Origin: the human T2T-CHM13v2.0 reference genome, Homo sapiens
Strand: one strand, 5' to 3'
Assembly (NCBI RefSeq): GCF_009914755.1
Contig: NC_060937.1
DNA: 64,000 nt
The position numbers and the translations under genes were made by a program. Every line of letters begins with the position of its first letter. Positions within the stretch are counted from its first letter, which is position 1. Below, in pieces: positions 1 to 18,336 of this stretch. The notes below the pieces were generated by a model. It made no database searches. It saw only the letters and a list, made by a program, of their open reading frames with translations, and was not told the origin of the DNA.

Positions 1-99
1 TAATATTTTTATAGTATATTATGTATTAATATTTTCATATATTTTAAAAGTATATTAATAGAGAGCTATTATGTAAATTAATATAACACTTAACATTTT

Positions 100-495
100 T
101 ATTCAATTTTTAAAATATATATTGAACACCTACTATGTGCCAGGCAGTGTTCTAGGTACTTGAGATACATCAAAATATACCCTCCCCTGCTGAAAAACCC
201 CTCCTCTTGTTTATGTTGCATTTACTAATCTCTTTATAAATAACATTATAATTTATATATGTTAGAAGGTCATAGAAGTGATACATGCTATGGGGAGAAA
301 TAGAACAGAGTAAGGGGGATTGGGAATGTGAGTGTGAGGTAGAGGGAATGGATGCCAGTAGGTTAGGCTTCATTAAGAAGATATCATCTGAGCAGAAGCC
401 TTGAAGGTTGGAGGAGTGAGTCCAGCATTTGTCTTGGGAAGAGTGTTTAAGGCAGAGTAACAGTCAGTACACAAGCCCCACAGCAGGAGTGTTTA
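100..495 (-). mobile_element. L2 fragment
   Basis: attgaacacctactatgtgccaggcagtgttctagg L2 3'-end signature. Confidence 0.6.
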
Positions 496-2776
496 TAATA
501 GTAGTACAACGAAAATCCTGACTTGAGCTAAAAAAAAAAAAGGAGTATTATTTCTTTATTTTTCATATTTATTGATTACCTCTCATATATTGTATATTAG
601 GAACGATGCTGGACATGTTGGGGAGACATGTTAGGAAAACCAGAACTCCATTCCTTAAAATCTGTAAAGAAGGATAAAATGATCTGATCACTGATAGCTT
701 TCATTTAATGCAGACTGTGATCAATAGCCTAAAAGAGCTAGAGTCTCTTGAAATTCAGAACAGAAAGCTCCATCCTGCCTGAGGTGATTATATGAAAGGA
801 GACCATTCAGAAGGATAGGTTTGAAAAATGATGACGGCTGGGGAAATGAGACACTAGATCAAAGGCTAGGAAATGGGGATGCGCAGGTCACTGTCAAAGA
901 TAAACGTAGTTTACTTGGAAATGCATTGGAAGGGGCTTGGATTCAAGAAGGATGTAAGGATCTGATGACTAAATGTGTAGGAGAAATTGAGTGGGGAGAA
1001 GGGGTAGTTGGCAAAAATAACTCCCAGCCAAGCTTGTGTTCAGTCAGTACACAGTTGCTGCTGTCTGCAGCCAGTGTCTGTTCTGATTAGCCGGTGTCCA
1101 TGCCAACCATTTGGTCCTGCTTCCAGGTGTCAGACTTGGGTAACAGGGATCATGATGGAGGCATTAGTGGCGTGTGGTGCTTTCTGCTTATTTTTCTTTT
1201 GTGTTCATGTAATGCGTTGTCACCTGGATTTTCTGAAGAGTGTAGTGACTTCAGAATTTGCACTGTAGTTTTTTTCTTTGCTCATAGAGATTCAATGAAA
1301 TACTCTCCTGAGTTTTAATGTCATTTTGAGGGGGCTCTTTGAGGTTTGTGTGAGTCAAAAGATCAGTGGATAAAAAATCAAGAGACAGATCCACATTTTA
1401 AGTGTGGGCTATGCAACATACAACCAAGTAAGCCTCTGACCCTGAGACTTTTTCCTTAGTATCTCTAGACTTTCATTTCCCTATCTAAAAAATGAGTCAT
1501 TGTGCTAGGTAATCTCTAAGACCCCTTACAAACTCTAAAACTCCACAAAATCCAAAACTTAACAACCAAAGATCCAAACTTCTTTCACCAGCAGCTTTCC
1601 TGAGTAGAGAAACAGTAATTGTCAGCCTCATAACCATTAGGCTAAATATTATGATGTTAGGTGTAAGCAGTTTTCAATTTCAGCAGGCAACTTTTTTGTT
1701 CAGAATAATTTTCTCAAAAGTTTTGAGCTATTTTTTCTTTTTAAAAATAAATATCAGCAACTAAACTGTCTAAACTGATCTCATATCATTTGCTGTTTAA
1801 TATTACAGCAGAATTTTTATTGTGTATAAATGTTATTTAAAATGTACAACACTCTTTCACTGAAGGGTGGCGGGGACACAGAATACTTTAGCTAGCAGCT
1901 TTCTTTGTGTGATACATCAGTGTTCTGGCTTCAGAGTTTGGCCATGAGCAGGATATTCCCCATTCACTGAATAACTTCCAAGAGCATCTGTCCTTAAGAT
2001 TCTGAAATTTGCCAGAGGCGGTCTTGAAAGTGGTTACATCCAAACCTGTGTGTCTTTTCTCCCTTCCATCCTCTTGGGAGGGATATTATTGAGAAGCCAA
2101 CTGCATATGGTTACTTGCAGTCAGTGTTGGGGAACCGGGGGTGGGAGGGCACAAAAACCTGTTACCATTGATGAGAAAAGATGATGACAGGTAAACCGTG
2201 AAGCATCCAGGCAGACTAGAGGGGCAGCAGCCAAACAGTTCGTGTGTGGAGAAACCTTGAAATTGCTTTGTTTTTTGTGCTATATGTGTAAACCTGAATT
2301 TGAGGAGGAATTTATAGGAAGAATTTGTAAACCTGAATTTGTCTCTTTGTAGGTGATATATGGAATCTGGAGAGGCAAGCAGCTGCTGTGGTTGCACAAA
2401 CCCCAGTTATCTTTAGTTTTCTTGTTTCCGACGCTTCCATGTAGTATGACATATGCCCATCTTAGAAATGTGACATGGGGTTTCCTTATGGAGTTCGGAG
2501 CCTAAGTGGGGGATTTGCATTTAAGGCATCCCTTCCCCCAACTTTTTAAAATACATGTGGTCAGAAAAGATTAGGCTCATAGGCATTTGACCGGAGAGGA
2601 AAAAGGCACGTACCCTCTGGGTTCCTGGGTGAAACAATGTCCCATTGTTTGGTAGCCAGTGAAACCTCTTTTCATAATTATAAACAAACAAGAATAATCT
2701 TTGAACTCTGTAGGCACATTTGCAGAATCTGAAATGAAGATTAAGCAAAGCCTAACATCAAGTCAGTCACTGAAAC

Positions 2777-3090
2777 CAGTAGTTTTCAAACTGTGATCTG
2801 TGAGATGAAAGCTATTTTCATAATAATACTAAGATGTTACTTGCCTTTTTCACTCTCATTTTCTAAGAAATGTGCAAATTGTATGCAGAAGCAGGATGGG
2901 GATCTGTCTTCTGTTAAGCTGCGCATTAATGAGATTTGCTAAAATGGAAAACAGTGCCACTCTTTTCACTAAATTTTTTGTTTTGGAAAAAATACTTATT
3001 TTTTATAGATTGTTATTTATATTAACATGTAATACATTTGCTATTGTTATTTTAATGAATTAATATTTAAAAAATTTTTCCATTTTGATT
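2777..3090 (-). mobile_element. hAT-Charlie family fragment
   Basis: Starts cagtagttttcaaact. Clearly homologous to 61930-62140 (aaattttttgttttggaaaa, aatgaattaatattt). Confidence 0.6.
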
Positions 3091-3327
3091 TAGATCATTA
3101 TATATATATATATTTTTTTATTATTATACTTTAAGTTTTAGGGTACATGTGCACATTGTGCAGGTTAGTTACATATGTATACATGTGCCATGCTGGTGCG
3201 CTGCATCCACTAACTCGTCATCTAGCATTGGGTATATCTCCCAGTGCTATCCCTCCCCCCTCCCCCCACCCCATAACAGTCCCCAGAGTGTGATATTCCC
3301 CTTCCTGTGTCCATGTGCTCTCATTGT

Positions 3328-7139
<3,812 letters not shown>

Positions 7140-7202
7140 TATGATGTTAGCTGGTTATTTTGCCCGTTACTTGATGCAGTTTCTTCCTAGCCTTGATGGT
7201 CT

Positions 7203-8217
7203 TTACAATTTGGCATGATTTTTCAGTGGCTGGTACTGGTTGTTCCTTTCCATGTTTAGTGCTTCCTTCAGGAGCTCTTTTAGGGCAGGCCTGGTGGTGA
7301 CAAAATCTCTCAGCATTTGCTTGTCTGTAAAGTATTTTATTTCTCCTTCACTTATGAAGTTTAGTTTGGCTGGATATGAAATTCTGGGTTGAAAATTCTT
7401 TTCTTTAAGAATGTTGAATATTGGCCCCCAGCCTCTTCTGGCTTATAGTTTCTGCCCAGAGATCCGCTGTTAGTCTGATGGGCTTCCCTTTGTGGGTAAC
7501 CCGACCTTTCTCTCTGGCTGCCCTTAACATTTTTTCCTTCATTTCAACTTTGGTGAATGTGACAATTATGTGTCTCGGAGTTGCTCTTCTTGAGGAGTAT
7601 CTTTGTGGCGTTCTCTGTATTTCCTGAGTCTGAATGTTGGCCTGCCTTGCTAGATTGGGGAAGTTCTCCTGGATAATATCCTGCAGAGTGTTTTCCAACT
7701 TGGTTCCATTTTCCCCGTCACTTTCAGGTACACCAATCAGACGTAGATTTGGTCTTTTCACATAGTCCCATATTTCTTGGAGGCTTTGTTCGTTTCTTTT
7801 TGTTCTTTTTTCTCTAAACTTCCCTTCTCACTTCATTTCATTCATTTGATCTTCCATCACTGATACCCTTTCTTCCAGTTGATCGCATCGGCTCCTGAGG
7901 CTTCTGCATTCTTCACGTAGTTCTCAAGCCTTGGCTTTCAGCTCCATCAGCTCCTTTAAGCACTTCTCTATATTGGTTATTCTAGTTATACATTCGTCTA
8001 AATTTTTTTCAAAGTTTTCAACTTCTTTGCCTTTGGCTTGAATTTCCTCCTGTAGCTTGGAGTAGTTTGATCGTCTGAAGCCTTCTTCTCTCAGCTCGTC
8101 AAAGGCATTCTCCGTCCAGCTTTGTTCCGTTGCTGGTGAGGAGCTGCGTTCCTTTGGAGGAGGAGAGGCGCTCTGCTTTTTAGAGTTTCCAGTTTTTCTG
8201 CTCTGTTTTTTCCCCAT
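7203..8217 (-). pseudogene. L1 ORF1p, disrupted
   Basis: Starts MGKKQSRKTGNSKKQSASPPPKERS. Premature stop at 7924 and a frameshift near 7440. Fragments 7924..8217 and 7405..7761. Confidence 0.93.
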
Positions 8218-8793
8218 CTTTGTGGTTTTATCTACTTTTGGTCTTTGATGATGGTGATGTACAGATGGGTTTTTGGTGTGGATGTCCTTTCTGTTTGTTA
8301 GTTTTCCTTGTAACAGACAGGACCCTCAGCTGTATGTCTGTTGGAGTTTGCTAGAGGTCCACTCCAGACCCTGTTTGCCTGGGTACCAGCAGCGATGGCT
8401 GGAGAACAGCGGATTTTCATGAACCGGGAATGCTGCTGTCTGATCATTCCTCTGGATGTTTTGTCTCAGAGGAGTACCCAGCTGTGTGAGGTGTCAGTCT
8501 GCCCCTACTGGGGGGTGCCTCCCAGTTAGGCTGCTCGGGGGTCAGGGGTCAGGGACCCACCTGAGGAGGCAGTCTGCCTGTTCTCAGATCTCTAGCTGTG
8601 TGCTGGGAGAACCACTGCTCTCTTCAAAGCTGTCAGACAGGGACATTTAAGTCTGCAGAGGTTACTGCTGTCTTTTTGTTTGTCTGCCCCCAGAGGTGGA
8701 GCCTACAGAGGCAGGCAGGCCTCCTTGAGCTGTGGTGGGCTCCACCCAGTTGGAGCTTCCGGGCTGCTTTGTTTACCTAAGCAAGCCTGGACA

Positions 8794-8910
8794 ATGGTGG
8801 GTGCCCCTCCCCCAGCCTTGCTGCCGCCTTGCAGTTTGATCTCAGACTGCTGTGCTAGCAATCAGCAAGACTGTGGGCGTAGGACCCTCCGAGCCAGGTG
8901 CGGGATATAA
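8794..8910 (+). pseudogene. L1 ORF0 remnant in the antisense-promoter region, frameshifted
   Basis: MVGAPPPALLPPCSLISDCCASNQ matches the ORF0 N-terminus. A 2-nt loss near 8870 shifts the frame to a stop at 8910. Confidence 0.7.
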
Positions 8911-10264
8911 TCTCCTGGTGGGCCGTTTTTAAAGCCCATCGGAAAAGTGCAGTATTGGGGTGGGAGTGACCCGATTTTCCAGGTGCTGTCTGTCACCCCT
9001 TTCTTTGACTGGGAAAGGGAACTCCCTGACCCCTTGCGCTTCCCGAGTGAGGCAATGCCTCGCCCTGCTTTGGCTAGTGCAGGGTGTGCTGCACCCACTA
9101 TCCTGCACCCACTGTCTGGCACTCCCTAGTGAGATGAACCCAGTACCTCAGATGGAAATGCAGAAATCACCCATCTTCTGCATCGCTGACGCTGGGAGCT
9201 GTAGACCAGAGCTGTTCCTTTTTGGCCATCTTGGCTCCAGCCCCCAATCAAAATTGTAAATGTGATTTTTCTTTTTTGCTATTAAAAAGATTATTTATGT
9301 TCATCTAGCTACATTTTTCTTTAAGAAAAGAATTTAGGAGCACATAGCCTTTATATTAACATATAAGTTGTATCTACTATAATTAAATCATTTTGGTTCC
9401 GGCAAAGGAATAAAACAGGGTTGGAGAACCCCCAAACAGACTCAGTTCATTGAAAGCAAATAAAATGTGGTAAAGATGACCACAAGTCAGTGTGAATGGG
9501 AAAAGTTATTAAACAAATGGTGCTGGAGCAGTTGGTTTGCTTTTAAGAAAAAGATCGATTTTAATTCGCACCTCTTGTCTTATACCAAAATTAATTCCAG
9601 GAGCATGAAGCATCATTACATGTAAGTAAAGCCTTAAAAAAGAAAAAGAAAAACTAGAAGTCAGTTTACTGGACATTTATAAACAATCTATCAAGAAGAA
9701 TGTTGTAAGCTTAAAAGAATGGAAGTCATAAACGAAAATATTATTTTATTTAACTACATAAAATGCAGAACTTCCCAGCATTAAGAGAATCTACTTAAAT
9801 ACAGTTTTTTAAAAGCAACAAATAGTTCCGTGGAATATGACAGAGAAAGGAAAATATCCTCAGTCCATGACAATCGTATGCAAATAGATAAGAAAAACAA
9901 TAAAATCCTGTGGATAGAAAAGTCATGAAAGAGGAAATACTAAGGGCCAGTAAACATTTTAAGGTGTTAAAATGTTTTAATTCTATTTTTATCTAAGTTG
10001 TAGTAATTTTAGAATATACTTATCAGCTAGAATTAAATAAAGTAGGCACTCTAGAATACTAATGGAAAGGACATAAATTGGCACAAACTGTTTAGAAAAA
10101 ATATTGGTAATATTCAGAGCTTTAGAAATATTTTTCCTTTATGTCAATAGTTTTGTTTCTAGAAAACCATCCAAAGAAAATAATCATAAATATACACAAA
10201 GATTATTCATAAGGATATTCCTGTTTTTATAATAATAAAACATTGGTGTCTTAGAAATGTAACA

Positions 10265-10563
10265 GACTGGATGCAGTGACTCACGCCTATAATCCCAGCA
10301 CTTTCGGAAGGCTGAGGCAGGCAGATTGCTGGAGCTCAGGAGTTCAAGAGCAGCCTGGGTAACGTGGTAAAACGCCATCTCTACAAAAAATACAAAAATT
10401 AGCCATGTGTGGTGGCTTGTGCCTGTAGTCCCAGCTACTCAGGAGGCTGAGGTGGGATGATCATTTGAGCTTAGGAGGTTGAGGCTGCAGTGAGCTGTGT
10501 TCATGCCACTACACTCCAGCCTGGGTGACAAAGCAAGATCCTGCCTCAAAAAAAAAAAAAAAA
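10265..10563 (+). mobile_element. AluJ (Jb-like)
   Basis: Dimeric Alu with A-tail and TSD GAAATGTAACA. Confidence 0.9.
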
Positions 10564-10864
10564 TGAAATGTAACAGTTAAAGACTAATTAGGTAAAATTC
10601 TTTATTGCCTTCCAATGGGATATTACGTAGCCATTAAAATTCACTGTTTCAAAAAATAGGTAGTGACATGAGAAATGCCCATCTAATAGTGTTAAGTTAA
10701 AAAGGAGAGCTACAAAACATCATCAGTAGTACTACTATTCCAATTGTATGTGTTTCTGTGTATACACGGGGAAAAGCTTAAGAAGCTGAATTCTAATTCT
10801 TCAATTATAATTGTTCAATATCTTCCAAAAGATTTAAAGAAAAGCTTCTTAATCCATTTTTTTA

Positions 10865-11095
10865 AATTAGCTCTCATAGAGTACTTATTATGTGACAGGC
10901 ACTGCTTTAAAATGCTTTATAAATAATAACTCAGTCCTCATACAGTCTTATGAGGCTAGTACACAAAAGGAAAGTGAAGCACAGAGCTCTTGAGCAACTT
11001 GTCAAGATCATTTAACAAGTATGTGTTTTAGCTCGGATTTAAACTGGACAATTTGGTTCCAGTGCCCAAGCTCTTAAGCACCGTGCTTTGCTATC
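10865..11095 (-). mobile_element. MIR
   Basis: gagtacttattatgtgacaggcactg...gaagcacagag...aacttgtcaagatca MIR core. Confidence 0.65.
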
Positions 11096-11919
11096 TTTAA
11101 ACCAGAACCCAATGAAGATAGCACCAAAATGGAAAACTATAGACCAATAATAATCTTAAATGTATATGTAAAAATTCTTATTGAATATTAGCATATCAAA
11201 TCCAGTAGTGTATCAAAGGAAGAATACATCAGGGCAAGTTTGAATTCTTTCAAGAAGTTAAGAATGGGTCAATATCAGAAAACTGTTTAACAATAATCAA
11301 TTACTTTTATAAATTGAAGGATTTTAACAAATTTTGTTTAATAGATATCAAAAGCAAATTCCATTCAATTTAATTAAATTTGGCAGCTACTCTTAAAAAT
11401 TCCAGATAAAACTAAAATAGCAGTGATTACCTAATCTTGGTCAGGGTTTAGGTAAGTCAACAACAAATACGGTGTTAAATGCTGCAATAGCATACTAATG
11501 CTATTAATACACGTGTATCCCAAAACCAAGAGCTATTTTCATTATGTGCGAGAAGTAATTCATTGAAAATTGAAATGGGGTTGGGAGAAATGCCATTTAA
11601 ACTATTAAGGAAAAATTGTATATAAGTACTTGAGTATATTACAGTTAAAATATTATTCCTTCCCAAATTAAAACTTAAAAGATATAATGCAATTTTAACT
11701 CATAATGCCATGGTTGTTTGTTAAGTAAAAAAAATAAAACATTTCAGTACTACGAAAGATTTGATAAAATTCAAAGGCAGACTATTAGGAGAGAAAATAC
11801 TGTCAATTCACATATTAAACAAAGGATAACTATCCCTAATAATCAAAGAATTTCTACAATTTAGTAAGACAGTTACAAATGCAATAGACAAAAAGAACCA
11901 AAGGATATGCCTGGACCAC

Positions 11920-12440
11920 ATCATATATACTGCCTCAGATTTTCTTGATTGTACTTGTTTCCTGGGCTCTCTTGGCACCTTGTTCCACCCTGAGGCCAAA
12001 GCCCAGAGGATCTGGTTCCCCTGCTACTTCTGAATTACATGAAGCACAGCTCTGCAAGGCCACAGATCTGACTTCCCCAGTGGCTGCAACAGGGCTAGGT
12101 GGTACAACTTTCTACACGGAGGGAGAAATTAGATTCATGTGGAGCTATGATTAAAATGCAAAGGGATATGGGAGACAGCTGGCAGATAAATTCCCTCTCC
12201 ATCCCTTCCTTCAGTGGATTTTTCCAAAACCTGGTGTTTCACTTCTGTCTGTCCAGAGACTTCCTGAATGCTGGAGAAGCAGCTGGGCATCTTGTGAAAC
12301 TCAGGCGAGCTTGGTAATGCATCACCGTCTTTCTCCGCTTTGCTTTGCTTTACCCTCACTGCTGCCGATATTGCACCTTCAAATAAAGCATTAGACTTAC
12401 GCTTTGCTTCACGCTGTTTTTCAGAGAACCAGGCTACAGC
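11920..12440 (+). mobile_element. ERVL solo LTR (LTR33/LTR16-like)
   Basis: Ends aataaagcattagac...gagaaccaggctacagca, typical of this LTR class. It interrupts AT-rich old L1 sequence. Confidence 0.6.
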
Positions 12441-13598
12441 AGAATTTGAACAGAAAATTCATAAAACAAGAAATGAATGAAAATAGCCAATAACCAAAAA
12501 GTTATCCAGCTCATAGTGTAATGAACATAAACCACAATGAGATACCCTCTTGTTTCACACATCAGTTTGGCAAAAATTGAAAAGATGAATAGTGTCCAAT
12601 GCTGATAAGATGTGGGAAAATAAGCTGTCAAATGAAGATGGGGGTAGGTGAGAGAGTGCATGGCTGCATGCTTCCTGGAAAGTAATCTAGCGGTGTTTAT
12701 TAAGACATTAAATGTACATAATATTTGAGCCAGCATATCTTCTACATAGACATTAGTTCATATGGATATACTTGCAAAGACCTTTCTCAAAGTATTGCTA
12801 TAATTGTAAATTATAGCAGACAAATGGAATGTCCACTTAAAATGTGAAGTACTTGAATAAAGTTTGGCATATCCATTTTATGGAATATTATACAGCCATC
12901 AGAAAGAATAAGTTAGAACTACGTGCTTCTGGAAAATAGTGCTCTGCTGTATTTTGGGTGAAAACAGAAAGTTACAGAATAATATCTATAATGTGATCCT
13001 GTTTTTATACAACAAAAAAAGTATATATGTTCATATATGTTTGTATAAGGGTTTAAAAAAAAGACATGGAGGGATACGCCAGACCGTTAACATTGGTTGC
13101 CTCACAAGGGTGAGATTGAAGGTGAAGACAGTTGTTAGCTTTTTGCTTGTATATCCTATATTGTTTGATGTATTACAGTGAGCATTAAAAACTAAGTGAT
13201 AGATGGGTGGACAGCTGAATGGAAAGAAGGAAGGATAGAAATAATAAAAAAAGAAGGAATAGAAACTATTTTATCCAAAATATTTCAAATGTGTATATCT
13301 TTGATCTAATTTCTTTTGAACTTTGGTTGGTCAATCCTAACAAAGTAATTGCAGCCAAACCTTTACATTTTAATTGTTCGTGAGTATTAACAGATAAAAT
13401 CTTTTAAAAACTCAATTTGGCCATGTCTATCAAAATTTCAATGGTCATACTCTCTGATCCAACAATTCTTCTCGGACTTTTATTTTATAGAAATACTGCT
13501 GGAGACATATAAAGATATAATGCATTTAATGTAATATTTTCAGTAAGGAAAACTAGAAACAAAGATTCATCAATAAAGGAATATTAAAGTAATATTAT

Positions 13599-14016
<418 letters not shown>

Positions 14017-14155
14017 TTATTATACATTATTACAACTGTACGTTCCATAATACTTATCTTTGAGAAATGGTATCACAAGGGATTTTTAGTGTTTATTTTT
14101 CTTACATTTCTTAGAGTAGTATATTGTGTTTCTATGATCAAAAAAGTAATAACAA

Positions 14156-14494
<339 letters not shown>

Positions 14495-14928
14495 TTATAT
14501 GTTTTTATTATCATAGGAAAAATAAATGACCAAGAAATTAGGTTTACCAATGCAGTGAACTGGTAATTTTATTTTTAATGTATATATTAAATCCTAAATG
14601 CAAACCTCTATTACGTTGTGTTATTTTATACCTTACATTGTTTTGAAAGGAATTGAGGTATCTTTTGACCAGGTCAGAGAACCATTTCAGTATATTCAAA
14701 ATAATATGAACAATATGAACTCAGAAAACACTTGGCCAGATAACAATTGTCTTCAATAAATTTATTTGTGTATGTGTCACGATATTTGGGACCCTGTAAA
14801 GTTGGGGGTCAGGGTCAAGGTCCTGTTGCCTGTGATTAAAAGTTGCTAGTGAATTGTTGCTTAGGCACCTCCCAGGTTTCCTTACCCACACTATAAGCAC
14901 TTTATAGGCCAGCTACTTTACTTCTTTA

Positions 14929-15270
<342 letters not shown>

Positions 15271-16510
15271 CTAACTCTTCCAAAACAAGAAGTGGATGTA
15301 GTGCCACTCCTTGAAGAAATAATGATATGAATTTTTAAAGTGACAAGTTGAATAATGTTATTACTGAGAAAATCATGGTGAAGAAAATTCATTTGTAGAT
15401 AAGCTTCTTAAAGGGGGCTGGAATGGAAAAATGAATAAGCAAAGGAACTTTATTGCTTTGTATATTCTCTCACATCATCTCCTACTTTACCTTTGTGATG
15501 TTTATCACAATAAAATAATATTTCCTTCTAAAAAATTACACAAACTGCTAAACTCAGGAAGACCCGGATAGCAAGTAAGGCATTTAGGTGTCTGTCTTCC
15601 CATCCCCCTTTTTTTAAGTTATCAAAGAAAAATCCTGTATGCTTCCAAATATTTTGAAAAGATTAATTGCGTTGTTTCTAAACTCAGATGAAGGCATCAA
15701 TTTATTATACTTTGCAGCTTTCCTTATGTTTTATAATATACTCTTAAAGAATACCTGGATATTTTGCTTTTGAATGAAGTCTAAGGACTCAAAACCTGGC
15801 TGGATCTCATAAACAATCAGCTTCTACATACAGGTCACTGTATACGCAGATGCATGGGTGAAACAACAGACACTTATGTGTCCCCACCAAGGGTATATAT
15901 AATGCGCGATACAGAAACTGATTTTTTCAGTAAATTTGACATTCAGACTAATCTCATTACATTGAGAAGTGCTTTTGTGTGACCATTATTAATTACCTAC
16001 TGTGCCAAGGTACTGTGCCCGGTGTCCTGGGGATACAGGGATGAGTAAGATGCAACCTTCAGATGCTTATAGTAAGTAAGGGGAAATAAATTACTAATCT
16101 TAGAAAAATAATCTTTAAAATATCTAATTTATTTCTTTAGCAGAAATGCTATCCATTTCCTTACTGGTTAGAGCCTTGCAAATTTTTAGCTGTGGCACCC
16201 TTGAAAGAAAAATATTTTGAATTAGGTTTATCTTCAGAATCGACCGGTATCAAGATGCTGAACTGATCTGGTTTTCTTCTTGTGCATACACAAAAAGTCA
16301 ACACTTATAAGGTAAAATTATGATAACTGCATTGGATCATAATTTTGATTGTTACTTTTAAAAGGGTACAAAAATTCTGAGTTGATGGGCAAAATACTAA
16401 TGTTGGATGTAATCGTCATGACAATTCGCTTTATTCAGTCTGGTTTTACCAAATATAGTCATTCACTTAAAGAATTTATTTTTGTTTAATAGTTTTCTTT
16501 TCTTTTACAG

Positions 16511-16565
16511 GAGTTTATATTGTCAGAAGATTATAACAAGATGACTCCTGTGAAAAACTATCAAG
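16511..16565 (+). CDS. WDFY2: WDFY2 internal coding exon (exon 4, 55 nt): EFILSEDYNKMTPVKNYQ
   Basis: Acceptor ttttctttcttttacag|GAG and donor CAAG|gtaggg. The translation matches the WDFY2 WD40 region as recalled. It ends in phase 1 and joins in frame to 32110. Confidence 0.93.
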
Positions 16566-17798
16566 GTAGGGAGTGAGAGGAGTACCTTCATTACCCAGAT
16601 TCTAAAATACTTCTTGGTGGTTTTCACTGCCACAAGAGAATACATACTTTACAATCATCAGGGAAACAAAACAGAGCAACCTTTTGAGTGAGTGTTATCC
16701 CTGTGTTTTGAATTAAGAAACTGAGGCCCAATGAGGTTGGGTGGCTTGCCTGGGGTTCTAATTAAGTGCAGAGCCAGATCAGGTCAGCTTGACTCCCAAA
16801 CCCACAGCCTTTGTCTTCCTACTATACCATGCTGCTTTTCAACGTACAGCAGGTTTAGAAAGTGGGTCCAGTAAAAAGCTGCCTTAATAGGACTCATCTT
16901 GTATTTGGTTAAATGTTTTAAAAGTGCTCAGAGTGTGTTGTCCAAGGGGAAGAATTGTGGTTTTATCATGTCTTCAACATTGACAGGCCATCTGACAACA
17001 ATTTTTGGAAGGGATTTCTTTATTCAGACTAACAATGTTGTGGAACCAGAAAGTTTGAGGTAGACCTTTTAACACTTAGAGGTCATTTCCTCCAATTCTC
17101 TTGACTCGCCTTTAATGAGAGGATGATCATCCAGCCTCTACTTTAGTACCTCCAGAGACACAGGAACCATTGTGATTTTGGAAAATTCTAAGCATTAAGT
17201 TCTTTATTTTAAAATTTGGAGCTAAAATTTATTTCTCTTTATTCTTTAATTTTCTCACATATCATTCATCAAATATTTATTGAGTGTCTATTGTGTTCTG
17301 GTAACAGAATTGTAATAGTGAACCAGACATGTATAGTGTCTGTGCATAAGCAGTTTATAATCATGGAGAGGATACGGATGGTAAGCAGGCCATTAAAACA
17401 TTGTGTGATAAGTGATAAATGTTCCTCTATTGGTGTTTGCTTAGCCTGTTGGACCTACAGAAACTGAGTACAATCTCTCTTACACATGACAATCTTTCAG
17501 TTATTTTAAAACAGCAGTGAAAGTTTCTGCCCCTTCCCTTCTGTCTCCTGTTTCAATCTTGAGTGTTCTGCTCTCACTTCTCTTTTCCAGCCTATATATT
17601 TTACATCTGTAATTTTTATTTTAAGTTACCTGAGCCTTTATTCTTTAAAACAGTTTTTACATGTATCCTATAAATATATGCAATTATTATTTATCAAGTT
17701 TTAAAAATACATTACTTAAAAAAATTTTTTTAATTGGCTTGGTCACATATTTGGGATATCATATGGTACCTTTAAGACCATTTGAAAATATGATACCC

Positions 17799-18336
17799 TG
17801 TGGTAGGTAACCTTTAAGATGGTTCCTAATGATCATTGCCTCCTGGAATTTACCCTGTACCTCCAGTGTGGGCTAGACCTAGAATATGGCAAGTGATGGA
17901 TATCACTTCTGAGATTAGGTTACAAAGATACCAAAACTTCCACCTTGTTTGCCCACTCTGTGCTTTTGTGTGCTTGCTCTGATGAAAGCCAGCTGCCATG
18001 TTGTGAGCTGCCCTGTGGAGAAGCCCACGTGCTGAGGAACTGAGGGAGGCCTTGTCAACAGCCAGTAAGGGACTGACACCCTAGTTTAATAGCCCACAAG
18101 GAACTGAATCCAGCCAGTACTATGTAAGAGAGTTCGGAAGCAGATTCTCCCCATCAAGGTTTCAGATGAGACTACAGTTCCATTCCACACCTTGATTCCA
18201 TCCTGTGAGAGACTTTTTGACAGAGGCATGCAGCTAAACTGCACCAATACTTCAGACTCTGAGATAATTAACATTTACTGTTTTAAGGCACTAAGTTTTG
18301 GGGTAATCTGTTACACAGCAATAGGTAACTAATACA
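17799..18336 (+). mobile_element. MaLR solo LTR (MLT1F-like)
   Basis: TG...CA termini with characteristic ctgccatgttgtgagctgccct and ttttaaggcactaagttttggggtaat...gcaataggtaactaataca. Confidence 0.8.

Noticed and set aside
1351-1499. Two AP-1 sites (TGAGTCA at 1351 and 1493)
   Set aside because: A 7-mer is expected several times by chance in 64 kb, and the second site lies in MIR-like sequence. No other support.
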